Shown here in pieces: positions 30,869 to 39,467 of a DNA stretch of 64,000 bases. This DNA is from an uncultured Pseudomonadales bacterium. Its GTDB lineage: Bacteria > Patescibacteriota > Microgenomatia > UBA1400 > Chazhemtobacteraceae. The DNA is taken from the NCBI GenBank assembly GCA_964422035.1, contig CAYQZQ010000001.1, positions 121,013-185,012 of the forward strand, read 5' to 3'. The notes under the pieces were generated by a model, which was given only the letters and a program-made list of their open reading frames with translations, was not told the origin of the DNA and did no database searches. The position numbers and the translations under genes are program-made. Within the stretch, counting starts at the first letter, position 1. Every line of letters starts with the position of its first letter.

Positions 30869-32851
30869 TTATAAACTGTTTTTTATTTTTTCTTTTACCT
30901 TATTAACATCTTTTTGAGTTATGTTTTTTTTGGGGTTATTAAAATATAGCTTGAATGTGTGTTTACCTTTATATTCTGTAACGTATTGTGTTTTAAAAAT
31001 TAAGTCGTAAGACAGCAGTCTATTAAGGATTTGTCCTGTGGGCATGTCAGATTTGATGGTCATGTCTTCAATAACGATAGATGTTTCTGGTATTGGTTTA
31101 AATTTGTGAATTGGGGTGATGTTGTGACTTATGGCTTTAAAATCTAGATGAGCTATTATTACCTTATCCTTTATTTCAAATTTGCTGGTAATCTGAGGAT
31201 TGATTACTCCCAGATAGCCCAGTGCGTGCTCACCTGATTTGATTTGAGCAGTTTGGTTTGTAACAAAGGGTGGTGTTTCTTTTTGGATAGGAAGATAGGT
31301 GAAGTTAATTTTTAGGTAGTTAGATAGTGATTCTAAATAGCTTTTTGCGGAAAAGAAATCAAGTTCTTGAGTGGCTATGACTAAAGTTGGTATTTCGTCA
31401 GCCAGGTCCTTATCCTGTTGGGGAATGTATATGTTAGCGAGTTCGAAAATTCTTGTTGGTTGATTTGTGGTCCCAATATTTTTTGAAAGATTGTCAAGAA
31501 TTGAAGGAATAAGGGATGTCCGCATGTATTGATGTTCTTCAGACAAAGGATTGTTGAGTTTGAATTTTGTTTGAAGTTTTAGATTGCATTTATCAAAAAT
31601 TTCTTTAGATACAAGGGATCTGTTATAGATTTCTGTAAAACCCAAATGAGTTAATATCTGCTTTGCTGTGTGTTCATGTTTTAAAGCGTTGTTGATTGGT
31701 TGAGTATATGGCTTTGTTTTTGGCAGCTTGCTTGGTAGCGAAAAATATCCAGATATTCTGGTTATCTCTTCAGCTAAGTCCTCCTTAATGTTGATGTCGT
31801 GATGTCTCCAAGAAGGAACTTTGCAGTTTAAAGTTTTGTTTCCAGAAACTTTAAAACCTAGATTGGTGAGAATTTTCTTAACTTTTTGTTTTTTCATTTT
31901 TTGACCTACAAATGAATTGAGCCATTCTAGGTCTATCTTAACTACTTTTTCTTCAATAGGGTCAGGGTAGATGTCTAATACAGAAGATGAAATTTTTGCT
32001 CCGGCTCTTTTTTGTAGTAACTTAACGCCTTCAATTAGCACGGGTATAACAAGTTCTGGATCTGGTTGTTTTTCAAATATCTGGGAGGCTAAGGTTCTGT
32101 GTTGTGTGTATAAGGATGTTCTGCGAATGCGTTCAGGGTTGTAGTTTTGGACAAATAGAAGAATGTTAGTTGTATTTTGGTCTACCTTACTTGATTTACC
32201 TCCCATAATTCCACATAGATCAATGAGTTTTTCTTGGCCGTCTTCAATTACAATATCGTCACCTTTTAATTTGATTTCTTTTTTATCTAGAGTGGTTATG
32301 GTTTCACCTTTTTTGCTGGTTCTAATAATCATTGTATTTTTGGAGATTTTATCTAGATCAAAAATATGAACAGGTTGTCCGTATTTTAGAGTCAGTTCGT
32401 TTGAGATGTCGATAATGTTGTTTAAAGGTCTTTGTCCTGAAAGCTCAAGTTGTTTTTTAAGTTTTTCTGGAGACTCTTGCACATTAACATCCTTGAGAGT
32501 TATTGCAGTGAACCTGGGTACTAGAGAGCTATCCATAATTTGTACTTTGACAGGTTTGTTTTTGGGTAGTTCTCCTAGGTCAGACAGAAAGTTCTGGTAG
32601 GGATTGTTGATTAGCTCTGCATCGATATCGAATTGAGGAAGTATAACGCTTGCTTCTCTAGCAATACCCAGTGCACTAGCGGAATCAATCCGATTGGTTA
32701 TTATCTCTATATGATAAATCCAGTCCTTATCAGTTTTTATAACTTGGTCAACAGTGGGACCACAAAGAGAAAGTTTATCAGCAATTGTTTTTGGCCTAGC
32801 TCGTGTTTTCAGAAAATCTTTGAGTAGACTGTGTGGTAATTTAATGTCCAT
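30869..32851 (-). CDS. pheT: Phenylalanyl-tRNA synthetase beta subunit (lacks B2 OB-fold)
   Basis: TNRID..ALGIARE, GQPVHIFD, GIMGG, DLAEEITR, NPLS...MRTSL. Confidence 0.93.
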   Translation of the reverse strand: MDIKLPHSLLKDFLKTRARPKTIADKLSLCGPTVDQVIKTDKDWIYHIEIITNRIDSASALGIAREASVILPQFDIDAELINNPYQNFLSDLGELPKNKPVKVQIMDSSLVPRFTAITLKDVNVQESPEKLKKQLELSGQRPLNNIIDISNELTLKYGQPVHIFDLDKISKNTMIIRTSKKGETITTLDKKEIKLKGDDIVIEDGQEKLIDLCGIMGGKSSKVDQNTTNILLFVQNYNPERIRRTSLYTQHRTLASQIFEKQPDPELVIPVLIEGVKLLQKRAGAKISSSVLDIYPDPIEEKVVKIDLEWLNSFVGQKMKKQKVKKILTNLGFKVSGNKTLNCKVPSWRHHDINIKEDLAEEITRISGYFSLPSKLPKTKPYTQPINNALKHEHTAKQILTHLGFTEIYNRSLVSKEIFDKCNLKLQTKFKLNNPLSEEHQYMRTSLIPSILDNLSKNIGTTNQPTRIFELANIYIPQQDKDLADEIPTLVIATQELDFFSAKSYLESLSNYLKINFTYLPIQKETPPFVTNQTAQIKSGEHALGYLGVINPQITSKFEIKDKVIIAHLDFKAISHNITPIHKFKPIPETSIVIEDMTIKSDMPTGQILNRLLSYDLIFKTQYVTEYKGKHTFKLYFNNPKKNITQKDVNKVKEKIKNSL

Positions 32852-32852
32852 A

Positions 32853-33869
32853 TTATGTTTGTTGTAAAAATCTTAAATCTGAAGTGTAAAGATCTCTTAG
32901 ATTATCTGAAACTTGATGTTTCATCATGATAATTCTTTCGATACCCCATCCAAATGCAAACCCAGTGAATTTGTCAGGATCAATACCACCGTTTTTTAAT
33001 ACTTTGGGGTGAACCATGCCGGCCCCACCTAGTTCTAACCAGCCAGCTTTGCACACCTGACATTCTTTGTTATCGATTGTGCCTTTACCCTTGCAGATGT
33101 GACAACTAATATCTACCTCAAATGACGGTTCGGTAAATTGAAATTGATGAGGGCGTAATCTAATCTTTTGATTTTTTGCGAAGTAGTTTTTGACAAAATA
33201 ATTAGATACTCCTATTAAGTGAGTCATGTTAATATTTTTGTCAATCATTAACCCTTCGAACTGGTGAAACATTGGAGAGTGAGTATGAGAAGATTGTCTC
33301 CTGTATGTTTTTGAGATATTTATCATTTTAATTGGAGGTTTAGATGACTCCATCTCTCTGAGTTGGCCGTTGGATGTGTGTGCTGTAAGTACAATGTCAT
33401 CAGAGAAGTAGAATGTTTCTTGTTCATCTCTGGCTGGGTGATTTTTGGGAATATTTAAGCCTTCTGCGTAGTACCAGTCTGATTCAATCTCAGGATAGCG
33501 TCGCCTGACGAATCCTAATTTTTTAAAGATGTCTTCGACTTCTTCAATAGCTTCGCTTATAAGGTGCAAGTGTCCTGTTGGAATTTTTTCTTCCGGACTT
33601 AAGGGTCTTGTTACATCAATTGATTGTTTTGTCTTCTTTTTATTGATGATCTTTTTTTGTTGTGTAATAAGCTTTTTGATAGCATTTTTGGTTTTATTTA
33701 TAGTCTTACCTTTAGTTTTAAGTTGCTTTTTGGGAATTGAGTTTAGGTATTGATTAATTTCTCCGTTTCTGCCTAAGTATTGAATCTCTATCTTTTCGAG
33801 TTCAGAAGAATTTTCAGTGCTTTCTATTTTTGATTTGGCTTGGGATTTGATTTTATTTAAGCTGGCCAT
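32853..33869 (-). CDS. pheS: Phenylalanyl-tRNA synthetase alpha subunit
   Basis: HPARDEQETFY, FHQFEGL, FQFTEPS, GAGMVHP, GFAFGWGIER. Confidence 0.96.
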   Translation of the reverse strand: MASLNKIKSQAKSKIESTENSSELEKIEIQYLGRNGEINQYLNSIPKKQLKTKGKTINKTKNAIKKLITQQKKIINKKKTKQSIDVTRPLSPEEKIPTGHLHLISEAIEEVEDIFKKLGFVRRRYPEIESDWYYAEGLNIPKNHPARDEQETFYFSDDIVLTAHTSNGQLREMESSKPPIKMINISKTYRRQSSHTHSPMFHQFEGLMIDKNINMTHLIGVSNYFVKNYFAKNQKIRLRPHQFQFTEPSFEVDISCHICKGKGTIDNKECQVCKAGWLELGGAGMVHPKVLKNGGIDPDKFTGFAFGWGIERIIMMKHQVSDNLRDLYTSDLRFLQQT

Positions 33870-33887
33870 AGAGTTATTTTAATACAC

Positions 33888-33912
33888 AAAAAAACCTCCC
33901 GCTATGGGGAGG
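33888..33912 (-). terminator. Terminator of the pheS leader
   Basis: Minus strand CCTCCC-CATAGC-GGGAGG followed by T7. Confidence 0.75.
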
Positions 33913-33939
33913 CCCTATATATGCCAAAAGCAACCTCCC

Positions 33940-34005
33940 TCATGTCAAGATTTTAAACAAACTTGCTGGGTGGTTGCTTCTCGCTATCTGCATGTAATTT
34001 GTCAT
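33940..34005 (-). CDS. Candidate pheS leader peptide MTNYMQIARSNHPASLFKILT
   Basis: Follows TTGACT-16-TATAAT promoter; single Phe codon five codons before the stop, which abuts the antiterminator strand. Confidence 0.5.
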   Translation of the reverse strand: MTNYMQIARSNHPASLFKILT

Positions 34006-34047
34006 GCTAGTGGAACATTATAAGGATAATGATAATAAAGTCAAGTT

Positions 34048-34401
34048 TTATTTTTGCGCCCTGTCAACGATCTTTTCAAAAACTTTGGGTTGTTTAAAGG
34101 CAAAGTAAGCTAGTATTTTTCGATTAAGATTTATGTTGTCTTCTTTTAGGGCATGAATGAATCGAGAGTATCTCATTGGAGTTTTTTGACTTGAAAGAGC
34201 GGCATTAATTCTCTGAATCCAAAGGCGTCTCATCTGTCTCTTTCTCTGTTTTCTGCCAATAAATGAGTATTCTCCTGCATGAAGAAGCATTTCGTGAGCT
34301 CTTTTGTAGAGTTTTGAGTAGGTAAGGCGGTAGCCTTTAGTTTGTTTTAAAACTTTTTTATGTTTTCTTCTTCTGATTGGGCCTGTTTTTGATCTTGCCA
34401 T
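34048..34401 (-). CDS. rplT: 50S ribosomal protein L20
   Basis: RRLWIQRINAA, YSRFIHAL, LNRKILA. Confidence 0.96.
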   Translation of the reverse strand: MARSKTGPIRRRKHKKVLKQTKGYRLTYSKLYKRAHEMLLHAGEYSFIGRKQRKRQMRRLWIQRINAALSSQKTPMRYSRFIHALKEDNINLNRKILAYFAFKQPKVFEKIVDRAQK

Positions 34402-34402
34402 A

Positions 34403-34597
34403 TTAAATTCCTAACATTTTTTTAATTTTTTTAGCTTGTTTACCTTTGATTTCAATCCATTGAGTTTTTTGACTCTTGTTTTTCTTTCTCTTTAGATGTC
34501 GTCGGCCCACTTTTCTTCGAAAAAGTCTGCCTGTGCTTGTTACTTTAATTCTATCTTTTAGAATTTGTCTGGTTTTTATTTTATTTTTTTTGCTCAT
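34403..34597 (-). CDS. rpmI: 50S ribosomal protein L35
   Basis: KIKT...RIKVTSTGRL...RRHL; start at 34597 overlaps the infC stop (ATGA). Confidence 0.88.
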   Translation of the reverse strand: MSKKNKIKTRQILKDRIKVTSTGRLFRRKVGRRHLKRKKNKSQKTQWIEIKGKQAKKIKKMLGI

Positions 34598-35106
34598 GAG
34601 TTTGGTTTTAATTGTGCCATGTATAGTTTGCCGCGCCATTTGGGTTCTTGATTTACGTTGGCTATATCAGATAATTTTTTAATTGCTTTGTTCATTAATT
34701 CTTTGCCAAATTCTTTGCGTGTAATTTGGCGACCGACAAATTTTACCACAAGTTTGACCGGATGGCCTTCGTTTAAGAAGTCTCTAGCCTTGTCAAGACG
34801 TGTTTCAAAATCATTATCTGCCATAAAAGGAGTAAATCTGATTTCTTTCACGTCTGTAGCTTTTGATTTGGCCCCACTTGATTTTGTCTTTTTGTCTTCA
34901 AGATATTTGAATTTGTTAAAGTCAATGATCTTGGCGACTGGAGGTTTAGCTTTTTTGGCGACTAGTACTAGATCTAAATGTTTGCTTTTAGCGAGATTTA
35001 GAGCGTCTGATTTAGACATTACTCCTACCTGCTCTCCATCTTCATCGACTATTCTTAGCTTGTCAGCTTTGATGTATTCGTTGGTGGGGTAGTATTTTTT
35101 ACCGAT
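34594..35106 (-). CDS. infC: Translation initiation factor IF-3, non-canonical ATC start
   Basis: Frame extends 5' of the tracked ORF (NEYIKADKLRIVDEDGEQVGVM) to ATC at 35106; in-frame TAA four codons further upstream; PPVAKIIDF motif. Confidence 0.9.
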   Translation of the reverse strand: MGKKYYPTNEYIKADKLRIVDEDGEQVGVMSKSDALNLAKSKHLDLVLVAKKAKPPVAKIIDFNKFKYLEDKKTKSSGAKSKATDVKEIRFTPFMADNDFETRLDKARDFLNEGHPVKLVVKFVGRQITRKEFGKELMNKAIKKLSDIANVNQEPKWRGKLYMAQLKPNS

Positions 35107-35156
35107 AAAACGTTTTTATAAATTATTAATTGAACGGACAATAAGGCTGTATTTTA

Positions 35157-36917
35157 TCATTCAATGGCCTTGTCATCAATTTTTTTAGTGATAAGATCGA
35201 TAAATTTAGATAAAGACATCACTCCTAAATCATTTTCACCTCTCTGTCTAACAGAGATTTGATTATTGTCCACTTCTTTTTGGCCAATGATAATCATGTA
35301 AGGAGTTTTCTGTCTTTCTGCATCTCTGATTTTTTTACCTAATGATTGATCAGATTGGTTAAGTTGTGCCCTGAGATTGTTTTCTTTAAATTTCATTAAG
35401 ATATTATTTGCATAAGTGGTTTGATTTTCAGAAATGGTTAGGATTTCTACTTGTAAGGGAGACAGCCAGACAGGGAAATTCCCTCCAAGATGTTCAATTA
35501 AAATAGAAATAAACCTCTCAATTGAGCCCATTATAGCTGCATGAACCATATAAATTCTCTCTTCCTCGCCGTCTTGGTTGATGCAGGTAAGATCAAATCT
35601 TTCAGGAAGATTCATGTCTAGTTGATTGGTCCCTACCTGCCACTCTCTTCCTAGTGAGTCTTTGGCAATAAAATCAATTTTTGGTCCGTAGAAGGCGGCT
35701 TCGCCTACTTTTTCTTTAACGTCTACTCCTCTATCTTTGGCGATTTCTCTAAGAATATCCTCTGCTTGTTGCCATTCTTGCTTGTCACCAAGATATTCTT
35801 CAGGCTTGTCAGGATCGTGTAGTGAAAGATGAATATCTAGATCAAAATTGAATATTGAGTAAAACTCATCAATAATGTCCCAAATAATACCCATTTCTTG
35901 TTTTATCTGTTCTAGCCGGCAAAAAACATGTGAATCGTCTTGTGTTAATGATCTGACTCTTGAGAGACCCGACAGTTCTCCGGTTTGTTCATCTCTGTAA
36001 ACCATTGTGGTGTTGCAGTATCTTTGAGGTAAGTCTCTATAACTGTGAAGTTTTCGTTTATAGATCTGAATGTGGTGAGGACAGTTCATGGGTTTTAAAG
36101 CAAACTGGTGATCTTCTCTGGATTGTATTTTGAAAAGTTCATCCTTAAATTTATCCCAGTGACCACTTTGTTCGTACAGACCTTTTTTGCTGATATGAGG
36201 GATCTCAACTGCTTGATAGTCATGCCTATTTCGTAATTGAGATACATAATTATCAAGTAATTGTCTTAGTTTTGTGCCTTTTGGTGTCCACATTGGTAAA
36301 CCTGGCCCTACTAGCTTTGAAAACATGAATAAGTCTAGCTTCTTGCCTAGTTTTTTATGATCTCTTTTTTCTGCTTGCCTCTTTTGCTCTAAATACTTAT
36401 CAAGGTTTTTTTCTGATTTAAAAGCGGTACCATAAATTCGAGTGAGCATTTGATTTTTTTCATCTCCATGCCAGTATGCACCTGCCACTGAAAGTAATTT
36501 AAAGGTGCTAATTTCTCCTGTTGAATTTAAGTGTGGGCCTTTGCATAGGTCGACAAAAGAATCCTTATTCTCTGGTTTTCCTGTCCAGTATATGCTTAGT
36601 TTCTCTCCCCTACTTTGTGCTTGATCAATCCACTCTTGTTTATATGGGTTGTTTTTGAATAATTGTCTTGCTTCTTCTGGTGAGATTTCTTGTTGGGTTA
36701 TGGGCAAGTCTTTGTCGATAATTTTTTGCATCTCTTTTTCTAGTTTGGGAAAATCTTCTTTTGAAATTGAAAATCCAGGATGACTGTCAAAATCAAAATA
36801 AAAACCATCTTCAATTGCAGGCCCCATTGCTTTGGTGATTTTGTTTCCATAGAGATTCTCCATGGCTTGCATGAGTACGTGCTCAGTTGAGTGGCGGATT
36901 TTTTCAAGTTGTGACAT
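35157..36917 (-). CDS. thrS: Threonyl-tRNA synthetase (lacks N-terminal TGS domain)
   Basis: RHSTEH, DLCKGPH, KPMNCPHH, YRDE, AFYGPKID, GSIERF. Confidence 0.97.
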   Translation of the reverse strand: MSQLEKIRHSTEHVLMQAMENLYGNKITKAMGPAIEDGFYFDFDSHPGFSISKEDFPKLEKEMQKIIDKDLPITQQEISPEEARQLFKNNPYKQEWIDQAQSRGEKLSIYWTGKPENKDSFVDLCKGPHLNSTGEISTFKLLSVAGAYWHGDEKNQMLTRIYGTAFKSEKNLDKYLEQKRQAEKRDHKKLGKKLDLFMFSKLVGPGLPMWTPKGTKLRQLLDNYVSQLRNRHDYQAVEIPHISKKGLYEQSGHWDKFKDELFKIQSREDHQFALKPMNCPHHIQIYKRKLHSYRDLPQRYCNTTMVYRDEQTGELSGLSRVRSLTQDDSHVFCRLEQIKQEMGIIWDIIDEFYSIFNFDLDIHLSLHDPDKPEEYLGDKQEWQQAEDILREIAKDRGVDVKEKVGEAAFYGPKIDFIAKDSLGREWQVGTNQLDMNLPERFDLTCINQDGEEERIYMVHAAIMGSIERFISILIEHLGGNFPVWLSPLQVEILTISENQTTYANNILMKFKENNLRAQLNQSDQSLGKKIRDAERQKTPYMIIIGQKEVDNNQISVRQRGENDLGVMSLSKFIDLITKKIDDKAIE

Positions 36918-36949
36918 AGTTTGATTGTAACAGTTTAGATTGTGACAAG

Positions 36950-36971
36950 AAAAAACCTCCCTTTTGGGAGG
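36950..36971 (-). terminator. Terminator of the thrS leader
   Basis: Minus strand CCTCCC-AAAA-GGGAGG followed by T6. Confidence 0.78.
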
Positions 36972-37000
36972 TAAGACTTAGCCATTATCCTAACTCCTGT

Positions 37001-37036
37001 TTACATAAATCTTGTAGTAAGTGGATAAAACCTCAT
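37001..37036 (-). CDS. Candidate thrS leader peptide MRFYPLTTRFM
   Basis: TTGACA-18-TACAAT promoter 7 nt before ATG; tandem Thr codons ACT ACA; followed by alternative antiterminator/terminator. Confidence 0.65.
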   Translation of the reverse strand: MRFYPLTTRFM

Positions 37037-37069
37037 AACTATTATTGTACTTTTTGGGATTAGATATTG

Positions 37070-37321
37070 TCAAAGTGTGTTAATAGGTATTGAAGGGTTG
37101 TGTTTTGATAAAGCCTGTTGTGTGACACTGATAATTTTGGCTATCCATCCTCCGATTATGGGTAGTCCGCCTAATGCAGAAATAATACTAGATGTAATAA
37201 GTACTAGTAATGATACCCCTAAAGTCATACCTAACACCCAACCTATTCCTCCAATAAATTTCACAAAGAATATTCTTTTTATTGAATCTCTTGGATTTTT
37301 AGCTTTAAGCTGTTGAGGCAT
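37070..37321 (-). CDS. Small membrane protein (DUF5665-like)
   Basis: F.GGIGWVLGMTLG and LPIIGGWIA patterns; family tentative. Confidence 0.65.
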   Translation of the reverse strand: MPQQLKAKNPRDSIKRIFFVKFIGGIGWVLGMTLGVSLLVLITSSIISALGGLPIIGGWIAKIISVTQQALSKHNPSIPINTL

Positions 37322-37348
37322 TTGAATTTTATTTTATCATTAAAAAAG

Positions 37349-37421
37349 TGAGCCCGATTGGATTTGAACCAATGACCTTTGCGATGTCAACGCAACGCTC
37401 TGCCAGCTGAGCTACGGGCTC
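37349..37421 (-). tRNA. tRNA-Val(GAC)
   Basis: GAGCCCG acceptor; anticodon arm TTGCG-TT-GAC-AT-CGCAA; GGTTCAAATCC T-arm; no encoded CCA. Confidence 0.95.
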
Positions 37422-37463
37422 AGGCATGAATAATTTTATCACAAACTTTGAAAAGTAGGAGAA

Positions 37464-37997
37464 TTAACCAATTGAAGTTGCAACCTGTCGTTCGCTAGAG
37501 AGCATGTATTTGGTGCCTTGCTTTTTGACTTGACCCCAGTAGTAGCTTTTCTTGATACTTCTTTGGTTATATATGTGTAGCCAGGTACTGGCATTTTCGA
37601 TGTTCTTTTTGGTTAATTCAATTATTTGTCTTAGGTGATCTAAAAAGTTTTTCTGATATTGACCAGCTTCTTTAACAGGGGTTTCGACGGCGCTTTTAAC
37701 TTCTTTGTCCAAGTTTTTGATTGAGCTTGAAAGTTCTTTCAATTGAGCTTGGATCTCGTGAATTCTCTCTTGCTCTTGCTGTTTTTTTTGAGAATATACC
37801 TCATTAAACCTTTTTTTCTGGGATTCAAAGAATTCTTGTTTTCTTTTCTCTTCCAGTTGTTTTTCTTTTTGCAGGCTCTCTAGGTTTGTTTTTCTATTAA
37901 TTTCTGATTGTGAGGTACGACGATTCCTCAAGGCTTCTAGAAAGCTTTGAATTTTAGGATTCGTATTGGGCTTTTGTGATTTGTTGCCTGAGTTCAT
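37464..37997 (-). CDS. Coiled-coil protein (DUF5660-like)
   Basis: G.YQKNFLDHL, ASTWL, YWGQVKKQGTKYMLSSER; family tentative. Confidence 0.65.
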   Translation of the reverse strand: MNSGNKSQKPNTNPKIQSFLEALRNRRTSQSEINRKTNLESLQKEKQLEEKRKQEFFESQKKRFNEVYSQKKQQEQERIHEIQAQLKELSSSIKNLDKEVKSAVETPVKEAGQYQKNFLDHLRQIIELTKKNIENASTWLHIYNQRSIKKSYYWGQVKKQGTKYMLSSERQVATSIG

Positions 37998-38011
37998 TAG
38001 GCCCTATAATA

Positions 38012-38911
38012 TCAAAGGTTAAGTAGGGAGTCAATAGCTTTTCTTTTCTTAAGAATTGACTTTACATATTCTCTTTGATTGGGGTTATCAAGTTGTTTTT
38101 TGGCCTTTTCGTCTCCTGAGGCATTAATCATCTTATCAACTTCTTCTTGATTTACTTGAATATCCATATCTTGGACAATTTTCTCAATGATGAGCTCGAG
38201 TTTTAGATTTTCCTGGGCTGTTTTTGTGTATTGTTCTTTAAGGTCATCTGCTGTTTTACCAATGGATTCGAGATATTCTTCGATTGAGACACCAAGCTGT
38301 TCAGTTTGATCAACAAGTCTAGATAATGATCTTTGAACTTCTGATTCTATAATTGGTTGCGGTACTTTAAGGTCAATTTTTTCTTTAAGTACTTCAAAGA
38401 TTTTAGTTAGTTTCTGCTGTTGTGTTTGAGCTTTTTCTTGAGGTTTTTGTTCTTCTTCACCTTTGTCGGGTGTCCAGATGTCAGAAGCCGCTAAGGCGTC
38501 TTTAATGTTTTTTTTGTAGTCACCAAGATCAATTTCTGGCAATAGTGGTAGCTGTAGACTGATTTTCCAGTCATCGTTATCTGGGTTTACCAGTTTTGTG
38601 AGGCGTGGGTTGCCTATTAAGCTTAGATCATGCTCTTGGAGGGTTTGAGTTATTGTTTGGGGGAGAATTAGATCAAGTAATGTGGAGCTTACTTTTTGGC
38701 TGCCAAAGTGCTCTTCTACTTTCTTTAGGGGGGCATTTCCTTTGCGAAAGCCTTTAATTTCTACTTGTTTTTGTAATTTGCTTAAAGCTTTATCTTTTGT
38801 ATCTTTAATTAATTTTTTAGGAAGATTTATGGTAACGTTTGCAACGTTGTCTTTTGTCTCTCCCAGTTTTGTTTTTATTGGCAATTCTTTCTTTTTGTTG
38901 TCTTTAGTCAT
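38012..38911 (-). CDS. tig: Trigger factor lacking the FKBP (PPIase) domain
   Basis: GFRKGNAP ribosome-binding motif, PEIDLGDYK then directly the C-domain (VPQPIIESE); 299 aa. Confidence 0.85.
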   Translation of the reverse strand: MTKDNKKKELPIKTKLGETKDNVANVTINLPKKLIKDTKDKALSKLQKQVEIKGFRKGNAPLKKVEEHFGSQKVSSTLLDLILPQTITQTLQEHDLSLIGNPRLTKLVNPDNDDWKISLQLPLLPEIDLGDYKKNIKDALAASDIWTPDKGEEEQKPQEKAQTQQQKLTKIFEVLKEKIDLKVPQPIIESEVQRSLSRLVDQTEQLGVSIEEYLESIGKTADDLKEQYTKTAQENLKLELIIEKIVQDMDIQVNQEEVDKMINASGDEKAKKQLDNPNQREYVKSILKKRKAIDSLLNL

Positions 38912-38990
38912 GTGTATTAATAAATTTGTATAATGTTTGATTTACTCGCATCATTATAACATCCATGCTGTTTATTGATAAAATTAATAT

Positions 38991-39398
38991 ATGTTTGTTT
39001 GTAAAAATTGCAATAGAGAAATAAGTGAGGATGCTTTAGGCACAGAGTACAGAAATCATTGTCCTGATTGTTTATATAGTGTTCATCTTGATGAGAAGAG
39101 CCCTGGTGATAGAATGTCTGGCTGTAAAGGGTTAATGAAACCGATTGGATTGCAGTTTAAAAATGAGTCAGGAGGAAAGGGTGAGATCATGATCGTGCAC
39201 AGGTGTAAGGGTTGTGGCAAAATAAGTAAAAATAGAATTGCTGGTGATGATAAGCCAGAAGCTATTTTGGAGGTTTTTAGGAAAAGTCTGAATGAGGAGG
39301 GTGAGGTTAGTCTTTTGGATAAAGAAGATGAGAAGGAAGTATTGACACAATTATTTGGAAAGCCTTGGGTAGAAGAACACTTTAATAAGCCGAAGTAG
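38991..39398 (+). CDS. RNHCP-domain zinc-finger protein
   Basis: FVCKNC, RNHCPDCLYSVHLD, PGDR..C.G.M.P, HRCKGCG, AGDD. Confidence 0.9.
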   Translation: MFVCKNCNREISEDALGTEYRNHCPDCLYSVHLDEKSPGDRMSGCKGLMKPIGLQFKNESGGKGEIMIVHRCKGCGKISKNRIAGDDKPEAILEVFRKSLNEEGEVSLLDKEDEKEVLTQLFGKPWVEEHFNKPK

Positions 39399-39464
39399 CT
39401 CAACTGGTAGAGCGGCAGTATCGTAAACTGCAGGTAGTGGGTTCGAGTCCCACCTTCGGCTCCA
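39389..39464 (+). tRNA. tRNA-Thr(CGT)
   Basis: GCCGAAG/CTTCGGC acceptor; GCAGT-AT-CGT-AA-ACTGC; GGTTCGAGTCC; encoded CCA. Confidence 0.93.
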
Positions 39465-39467
39465 GTA

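Noticed and set aside
33888-34016. T-box riboswitch upstream of pheS (and thrS)
   Set aside because: No T-box GGTGGNACC-type motif on the transcribed strand, and the leaders are too short for stem I.
37020-37028. AGTGGATAA, near-DnaA box
   Set aside because: One mismatch, isolated, and explained by leader-peptide codons and pairing.
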